DNA of 64,000 nt from assembly GCA_951406725.2 (NCBI GenBank), contig OX597827.1, positions 1,178,001 to 1,242,000 of the forward strand, given 5' to 3'. The translations under genes and the position numbers were made by a program. Every line of letters starts with the position of its first letter. Within the stretch, counting starts at the first letter, position 1. Positions 55,130 through 64,000 of this stretch are shown here, piece after piece. This DNA is from Octopus vulgaris. Lineage: Eukaryota. Under the pieces are notes generated by a model. It had not been told where the DNA came from, did not search any database, and worked only from the letters and a program-made list of their open reading frames with translations.

Positions 55130-55585
55130 AAATAAAAGAAGGAAAGTGCATACAGTTTACATAGTTTTAATATATTTTTAAATATATTTTATAAGTGAAA
55201 GAGTATTGTGTTTGTCGACTGGTTTTGCTTTCACTAATCACGACATTGAAATTATCGTAACTTCATATCTTTTAAGAAGATTTTGGTCCATGTTGTGTAC
55301 GGATGTTTGTGAATGAAATGAATCAACAAGTAGAAAAATTTAAGGGGAGGTAATTGATGATCGATATTATTCAAGACAGGGGATGTAATTGCTAATTTTT
55401 TTGGAGAGGAGGTAAATATATATACAAAAACTCTAAAGCTAAAGCAGTGAGATAAAATATTTACAGTGATGTGTATGTGAACATGAATTAAAATATATGA
55501 GATCAAAGTTGGTTATGCATTCATATTAAGGTGTGTTCTGTATTTTTTGATAAATGAATTTTCTTTGTTAAACATTCTTGTACAG

Positions 55586-55690
55586 AAATTGTTTCTTTGC
55601 GCTGGAAGATGGGGAAAATTGTGAAGTTTGGCTGGACATTACCTGTAGAGCTCTCTATGTGTTCACTCAAAAGAATCTATCTGTACTGCG
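55586..55690 (+). CDS. Candidate 105-nt phase 2-2 exon, NCFFALEDGENCEVWLDITCRALYVFTQKNLSVL(R); PH-domain C-terminal helix-like
   Basis: Pyrimidine-rich tract plus tacAG acceptor, GTAAAT donor, length a multiple of 3, no stops, non-repetitive sequence. Confidence 0.5.
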
Positions 55691-56674
55691 GTAAATGGAT
55701 CCGTTTACCACACTACAGACAGAATTTTAAGTAAAACTTCATACTAAACTCTTTCCTCTCATATCCATTTTTAGTAAAACTTACAATCAATAAATAACTT
55801 ATAAGCGTTTTAAAATAGGGAGTTACTTTTCAATCACCCTGTACATATGTGATGGCATATGAGCATTCAGTTTTTGCTGAACCACCTGCAAAAATGAATT
55901 TTTATGATAATCGAATGCTTGTTCATGCCACCCATCAGCTCATTTTTTCCATCAACTCGGTGTTGTCTGAACAGGTGCACAGTGTATCAAGCATCATGTA
56001 TTTTATCTTTTATTTTTCGTTTATTTCAGCCATTAGACTGCAGCCATACTACGGCACCACCTTGAAGAATCATCCCCAGTACATAGTTTTTTAAAGCTTG
56101 GTACTTATTCTCATGGTTTCCTTTGCTGAACGGCTAAATTAGAGAGATATAAACACTGCGACACTGGTTGTCAGACAGTGGCGAGGGGCACACACATCCC
56201 AAAGCTATAGTAGAAGACACCTGCCTAAGGTGGTGCACCGTGGGACTGAACCTGAAACCATGTGGTTTGGATGTAAGCTTCTTACCACACAACCACACTT
56301 GCGCCTATAGCCATACTGGTGCATATGGCCTCACCTGTGCCTGTATATATAATTAATTAAGATTCAGTTAAAAACCTAGTAGAATGCTATGCAGAGTTCA
56401 TTCCCTGTAATTATATCTTGTATGTCACTATAAGTATGATTTTAGTTTTGTCTGTGAACTGCAGGGAATGACACATCCAACAGTGAAATGATGAGAGGAT
56501 CTAACAAAGAACTTATTTAAACAATCACCTGAGGTGTTGCATTATACACTTTGTCTGTAAAATAATGGTTGCACAACATCTCATCTATGTACAACAATTG
56601 TAAAAATGCATTGAAACAATTGTAGTGATTTTAATTTTTAAAAATGTCATTAATTCCATTTTCTTTCATTTGTC

Positions 56675-56728
<54 letters not shown>

Positions 56729-57826
56729 TTTATTATAAATATGTAAATAAGTAAATATATGCATATATATGTGTGTGTATGCCTGTCTGTATGTCTGTAT
56801 GTCTGTGGTGGTGATGATATGAGGGCATAGGAGATGAAGTATAGATAGTCATATCAAACATTTCTGGTCACCCACACTGCTGCATCCTGTTTGGAAAGCC
56901 ATGAGGTGGATTGCACTTGTAATTCATTAGGCATGAATTTATCACACACTGTGTCACACTGATTCTCCTTAAGAATCACATTAAGTGTATGCATGTCTGT
57001 GGAATTCTCAGCCACTTATATACTAACACAATGAGTAGATCATTCTACTGACTAAATAATTGCAACACATAACAGTAAAACTAATTTTAATCTGCTTATT
57101 GATTGATTTGTACTTCACCCAGAGATTTTTCTTACAGCTGTTTCCTTTAAAGGAGTAACAACTGAATTTCTATAGTATGTAAATGAGGAAGCATCTCTTA
57201 CTTACTTAGGCCCTTTGTTCTTGATGGAGCATAGGCCATTGACAAGTTTTCACTCTTTTTTTTACATTGGGTTGTTTTGTTTTTCTGCTTCTCTCCAGTT
57301 AGAGCCCTGCTTTTTCAGCCCTGTTTCCTGTCTCAACTTCCTTTCGAATTTGAGTTACGATGTCACTGGTCCCAAGCTGTATTGGTCTTTACTTTTGACT
57401 TGAGCTACATCAGCGACATGGAGAGGAGAAGCTGGTATGCATGAGTGACTATTGGTCTTCCATAAACAACCTTGCCCAGACTTGTGCCTCATAGGAAAAC
57501 TCTCTCGGTGCAATCCCATGGTCATTCATGATTGAAGGGGGTCTTTACTCTTTTTACAAAAAAAAGAACCCATTTTACGTAATGTAATCCTGGATACTAT
57601 TCGTGAATAAGACAGGGTGGTCACAGAAGGAGTACTTTGATGAGGGCTAACATCTGAATCTATACAGTATTTATACAATATGAGGTATAGACACACAAAC
57701 TATATTTGAACCTAGAACCAGCTTTGTAAATGATTGCTTCTCTTCAATTTAACACGACTCTTCTGCTGTTTACGAATTATTTCTGTAAAGTTTCCTTTCT
57801 ACTGCATGCTTTCATCTTTAATGCAG

Positions 57827-57949
57827 ATGAAAACGATAATGATGATGATGATGATGATGATGACGATGACAGTGGTAAGGACGATGGTGATGACGGCGAT
57901 ACGCTATTCATCGATGATTACACCTTGATGCACAATCTGATTAACTTAA
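57827..57949 (+). CDS. Tentative 123-nt phase 1-1 acidic exon (DENDNDDD...DTLFIDDYTLMHNLINL)
   Basis: Good tgcAG acceptor and GTGAGT donor, but low complexity, and a direct join to 55690 gives an immediate stop. Confidence 0.25.
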
Positions 57950-58285
57950 GTGAGTGATATGTGTACAAGCATACACATACAATTCTACATGGCTATTAAG
58001 TTATATATATGTAAAGAATAAAAAAAAAAACCTGCATATAAACACACACATACATACACACACACACACATACACACACACACACACACTCACAGATATG
58101 TATGTATATATACATACATGCATATCTATTTTTATCAGTTTTATATAGCTTAATAGCCATCAAGAATTACATATATGCGTATGTATAGATATATATTTTT
58201 ATATATATAGATGTGTTTATATATATAGATATATACAGATATTTATATATATATAGATGTATATACACACACTCATATATATGTA

Positions 58286-58327
<42 letters not shown>

Positions 58328-58417
58328 TTTATGTAAAGGCATATATATATTCTATATCAGATAATGTTTAATCACTGCATAACATACATATATATTAAAC
58401 ACTTTTATATTACTAAA

Positions 58418-58467
<50 letters not shown>

Positions 58468-59100
58468 ATATGTAAAAAGAAAATATGGCATAAATGCATG
58501 CATGCATCTGTATGTATGTGAATGATTCATAATACATACACACATAAACACACACACACATACACATGTATATACACACGCATAAAAAACGTAACGGGTA
58601 AAAAATGTCAATTGAAAAGATAAAACAACACCAGGACAAAACTACAGATAAAAACCAAAGAAGAACTCTAACACAACACTGTCATATCCCATTATATGGA
58701 GTCAATATTAATTGATTGATACATTGGAAGAAAAAATATATATATAAATATATATCACTGAAATATAAAGGATATAAGTTAATATCAAGTAAAAATATCA
58801 AAGGCATCTCTCACCACCTCAATTGTCGTGTGTGTGTGTGTATGCAAATGTGTGTGTGTGTGAGTGTAAATATCTGGAGTTTGTTTCTGTATGTTTAAGA
58901 GTTTATCTATGTATAAGTGTGTGTTGGTGTATGATAGCATATATAATATCACTTAAGAGAAAATATGTAAATGTGTGACTGTGTGTGCATGTGTGTGTCT
59001 TTGGAAATATCAATTTGAATGTGGAAGTACATTTGTCTATATGAAGCCGTTTCCTATACACACACACAGATATATATACATACATATATATACAGATTTA

Positions 59101-59171
<71 letters not shown>

Positions 59172-59333
59172 TATATACAGATCTATATATGTGTATATAT
59201 ATATATAAATATATATACAGATTTATATATCATAATGATGATGATGATGATGATACATATGTATGTGTGTATGAGACTGTGTTTCTGAAAGTGCATGTTT
59301 ATGTCACTGCTTAAATGGAGGTGTGTGTGTGTG

Positions 59334-59364
<31 letters not shown>

Positions 59365-59942
59365 CTGTCCACCCAACCATCCGTACATGTATTGATCTCT
59401 CTAGTTATTTATCTGTCTATTCATCTTTCTATTTACCAATCAATCCTCTCCCTTTGTCAGTGTGTATATGCATGTTTGAATATGTGTAAGTGTGTATAAA
59501 TATTTTACTAACAGCACATGATTCATTCTCATATCTAACAAAATTTATCTAATATTGAGAAGATGTTGGCAAAATTTCACCATATTCTTACACATTTTGA
59601 AGTCTAAGCACTTAATATTGTCAAGACCAAAAATGCCAGTGTGATTGGAACCCACACACACCACGACAACATTAAAATTATACAACAAACTCTCATGTGT
59701 GATCTGCAATTATTATATCTTAAATTGTTATTTTAGAAATAAGAATTCCTGTTATGTGTGTGTCATCAGCCTTCATCTAACACGTTTCTACCCTTTGTAC
59801 AAACTGCCCATTGCTGCTACCAATGGAATGGTCTGGTGAGGTCCTTGGATGTGGCGTTAAGTCCACTTATACATGCTAATGTTTTTTTGTGATGGTCTGG
59901 AGAAGATGACCAAACCTGATTACTTAGAAGTAGTAAAAGGTA

Positions 59943-60250
59943 CTTTGTTTGTTCCTTCTCGAGCCACGCCTGTCTCATAAGGGCCGGTTTCCCGGTTTCC
60001 TTGGCATATAGGTTCCCCACCTGGACAGGACGCCAGTCCGTCGCAGGTTAGCTGCAAGATGCAGGAGGAAAGAGTGAGAGAAAGTTGTGGCGAAAGAGTC
60101 AGCAGAAGTTCACCATTACCTTCTGCCTGAGCTGCGTGGAGCTTAGGTGTTTCGCTCAAAACACACACATCACCTGGTCTGAGATTCGAACCCGCTATCC
60201 TTCGACTGCGAGTCCACTGCTCTAACCACTAGGCCATGTGCCACCACACC
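59943..60250 (-). mobile_element. SINE S3, full length with TSD
   Basis: taaaaggta at 59934-59942 and 60251-60259. Confidence 0.92.
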
Positions 60251-60481
60251 TAAAAGGTATCTACCATATTTTGATAGCATTTATGATGCCGTTTTGCAAC
60301 CAAAGATCTTTCAAAGAATCACCCATGACTTATATGCAAATTTGGGCCTCCCACAAGCTAATTTTATCCCTGATGCCCACTACTATAGGTTAATTTTAAT
60401 TTAACCCACATGGCCACTTCTACTTAGCCTGGCTTACTTTTTATATAGGAATGTTTTCTGTTTATAGCTAAGGTACTTTTG

Positions 60482-60726
60482 CAGAGGCGCATGGCTTAGT
60501 GGTTTGGGTGCTGGACTCATGATTTTAAGATTGTGGTTTTGATTCCTGGGAGTCTGACTCATCGTATTCTTGAGCAAAACGCTTCACTTTATGGTACCCC
60601 ACTCAACTCAGCTGGCAAAAATAAGTAATCTTGTGAGACCAGTATCTCGTCCAGGGATGGTGGAATATTCACACCACGGAAACCAGAAAACCAGCCCTAT
60701 GACTCTACATTAGTCATGAAGGATCC
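60482..60726 (+). mobile_element. tRNA-head SINE of the 34485 type, with a 12-bp TSD
   Basis: aaggtacttttg at 60470-60481 and 60727-60738. Confidence 0.85.
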
Positions 60727-60993
60727 AAGGTACTTTTGTCAAGTTCTTTGTCATGTGCTGCTACATTGCTTTATATATTACATGCTTTAATGCACTAAAA
60801 AGTGCTTTTTCTTGAATGTGTTGCTGAAATTGGGAAGCATCTAATAAGCTTGCATATCTTTTATGCCATCAAGTGCAGCACATCATTATTATATGAAATT
60901 AGTTATTGTTATTACCAATTTAACCTGATGCACTAATTAACTTCTTCAGTAGAAACGAACCTGTTTTAATAATTATACTTAAGTCAACAAAAG

Positions 60994-61205
60994 TAGTGAG
61001 GTGGCAGAATCATTAAGATGCCAGGCAAAATGCTTAGTGACATTTTGTTTGTCTTTATGTTCTGAGTTCAAATTCCACTGAGGTCGACTTTGTCTTTCAT
61101 CCTTTCAAGGTCAATAAAATTAGTACCAGTTGAAAACTGGGGTTGATGTAATCAACTTTCCCCCCTCCTTGAAATTGCTGGCCTTGTGCCAAAATTTGAA
61201 ATCAA
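60994..61205 (+). mobile_element. SINE S2
   Basis: gaggtcgactttgtctttcatcctttcaaggtc core. Confidence 0.85.
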
Positions 61206-61601
61206 TACTTACTTCAACACTGCACCAAAGTTTTCAAAGATATAGTCTGAAGGTATTTAGTGAAACTTATAAGATGTTAAGTAAAGGTGTTCTCATGATT
61301 GTAAGACCGTGGTTCCAATACTAAGACCAGATGGTGTGTTGTGATTTTGAGCAAGACGCTTAATTTCATGCTGCTCCAATCCTCTCAGCTGTAAATATGA
61401 GTTTGAGTAATACTTGGGTAGCTAACCCAGAAATAGGCACACAACCCATTGTAATCTTAGTCAATTGTAGGCCATGGAAACTGGATTAAGGTCTGGCGTT
61501 ACGAGACCTAGGGCTCATGACAGACCTAAGTAAGTCCATTAGACATTAAGTGGTGCAAAAATAGATATTAGCAACAGAGACAGTATTAATACTGGGAGGT
61601 G

Positions 61602-61999
61602 ATATTTATCCCCATTTAAATATGGATGTTCTGTTAGAACCGAGTATATTGTGGTAGATACCATGAGAGAAACTCCCATCCTGGTTTTTGGCACAAAATG
61701 CACTCTTGTTTATATCACTAGTGGGGAGATAACTCCCTGACATCTTCAGAGTCAAGACTACCGTTTTACATGATTTTGACTTTCCTTAGTCTCATCAATG
61801 ATGGACACTCGACAGCTAGAGACCGCAGTGACTCATCTTCCTGTCAGCAATTCATAGAGAAAAAAAAAGTGTCAGAGCAGGTGCTGGCGTCATGTTTAGC
61901 CATTTTGCACCAGAAGTCAATAAAAGAGTTTATCTCATGGTATATACTGCCGTATAGATTCTTCTAACAGAACATCAATGCCTGAATGGGAATCGATAT
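61602..61999. repeat. ~100-bp imperfect inverted repeat enclosing hammerhead-like remnants
   Basis: 61602-61700 aligns with the reverse complement of 61901-61999 (gatgttctgttagaa...ataccatgaga.aaactc...caaaatg). Confidence 0.8.
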
Positions 62000-62052
62000 T
62001 AAGTGGTGACTGGCTTCAACCTCTTATAGGGTGATATATAATAATAATGATA

Positions 62053-62815
<763 letters not shown>

Positions 62816-63260
62816 GCATTAGCAGTACTAGTAGTAGAAGTAGTAGCAGCAGTAATAATAATGGTTTCTCTGATTTAGGCAGAAGGTGAGAAATTCAGAA
62901 AATGATTCAAGTAGAGTTTCATGAAAATTCACAAAAAAACAAAAAAAAAATGAAGAACCAAAGAACCTGAAATAAAATTTTACTTTTACGATTTGTTCAT
63001 GCTTTTACTTTTGTTGAAAAATATTAAATTAATTTACATAATTATATTATTAATTTACATAATTATATTTCTAATCAGTAATTTTTTTTCCAATATTTTT
63101 TGCATTGCTTCCGGGAAAACACTGTTTGAAGTGTTTCAGTGAAAAGAACATGTTTCAGAAAAAAAAGTCACATGATCAATGAGATTCCTTCAGAGAAAGT
63201 TGTACCAAAATGTAAAATTTCAGCAACTTAAGTGAAACACCGGATTTACAACTTCATACA

Positions 63261-63295
<35 letters not shown>

Positions 63296-63664
63296 GTGTG
63301 TGTGTGTGTGTGTGTATTTTCATAATAGTAATAGTAATTATAATAATACTAATAATAATATTTTATAATCTTAGAACTTATGAGCGATCACCGTGTAATG
63401 ACTGAAGAAAATTGTGTAATATTGGGGCATATAAGCCCTTGACAAAAAAAGTGGGTTTTTGTATGCATGGGACTTGAACACACAAATCTATATATTCACA
63501 ATATAATCATACATACATATATCGTCCAAACCAGGCTAGCATGGAAAGTGGGCGTTAAACGATGATGATAAGCATCATCATATATATATATATATAAAAG
63601 AATTTTTTGCATAATAAGATAAAAAGAAGGCTGTATAGATGTTAGAGCATTTATAGATAGAAGG

Positions 63665-63714
63665 TCTTACAGCTGTTTCTAGGATATTAATTAATAATAT
63701 CCTTTCATTGGAGA
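63665..63714 (-). ncRNA. Type I hammerhead-like motif with a degenerate first box, in a TA-flanked element (~63598-63835)
   Basis: Minus strand: tct CCAATGA a aggatatt-attaatt-aatatcct a GAAA cagctg TA aga. Confidence 0.6.
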
Positions 63715-63842
63715 TGGTGTGAGAGGAAAAATTAAGTCATAGTTAGTTTCAATGTGATACAAAATAGAGAGTGAGGTGGAGGAAAGAAAATAGATGTAAG
63801 ATAATATTGAAATATTGCATAACGGTATATATGCAATATATA

Positions 63843-63955
63843 AGAGACCGATAGAATATGTACTAGGCTTACAAAGAATAAGTGCTGGGTTGATTTGTTT
63901 GACTAAAGGCAGTGCTCCAGCATGGCCGCAGTCAAATGACTGAAACAAATAAAAG
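63843..63955 (+). mobile_element. SINE S1 3' fragment
   Basis: agagaccgatagaatatgtactaggc ... actgaaacaaataaaag. Confidence 0.85.
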
Positions 63956-64000
63956 GATATAGATATGTCTATGTATTAATATAAAGCATTAAGTCAGGAG

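Noticed and set aside
54739-55843. Possible mariner TIR pair (acagggtgat...aagtaa)
   Set aside because: Short partial match with no transposase trace between; would also conflict with the candidate exon.
55849-56094. ORF next to the candidate exon
   Set aside because: Reverse complement resembles the SINE body at ~30185-30300.
56478-56539. C/D snoRNA-like ATGATGA...CTGA with caaca/tgttg stem, plus a 12-bp stem at 56398-56471
   Set aside because: Only ~34 nt between the boxes and no identifiable guide; plausible by chance.

Overview
AT-rich, microsatellite-dense eukaryotic DNA. The repeat landscape resembles an Octopus (coleoid cephalopod) genome; this is recognition from memory, not a search. 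Almost all ORFs in the track are translations of (TA)n, (CA)n, (TAA)n and similar tracts. Supportable content: dozens of SINE copies from several families (labelled S1-S5 and S7 here); three R4/Dong-clade non-LTR retrotransposon fragments, two ending in (TAA)n; fossil Penelope-like, hAT, mariner and RTE pieces; piggyBac-type and hAT-type MITEs; and a Helitron 3' end. Two or three small candidate + strand exons at 52.9-55.7 kb join in frame into a PH-domain-like peptide. The most striking signal is at least eight type I hammerhead ribozyme motifs in short elements, mostly lying in or beside (TA)n/(CA)n tracts. They fall into two designs: a long-stem-II form with an unusual A.A core junction and palindromic stem III (GAAACAGCTGTA), and a minimal form (GAAACGT-H). 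Two sit inside long inverted-repeat structures. A 43-bp hairpin whose internal arm differences are all G.U-compatible lies at 8.4 kb. Repeat boundaries are approximate.
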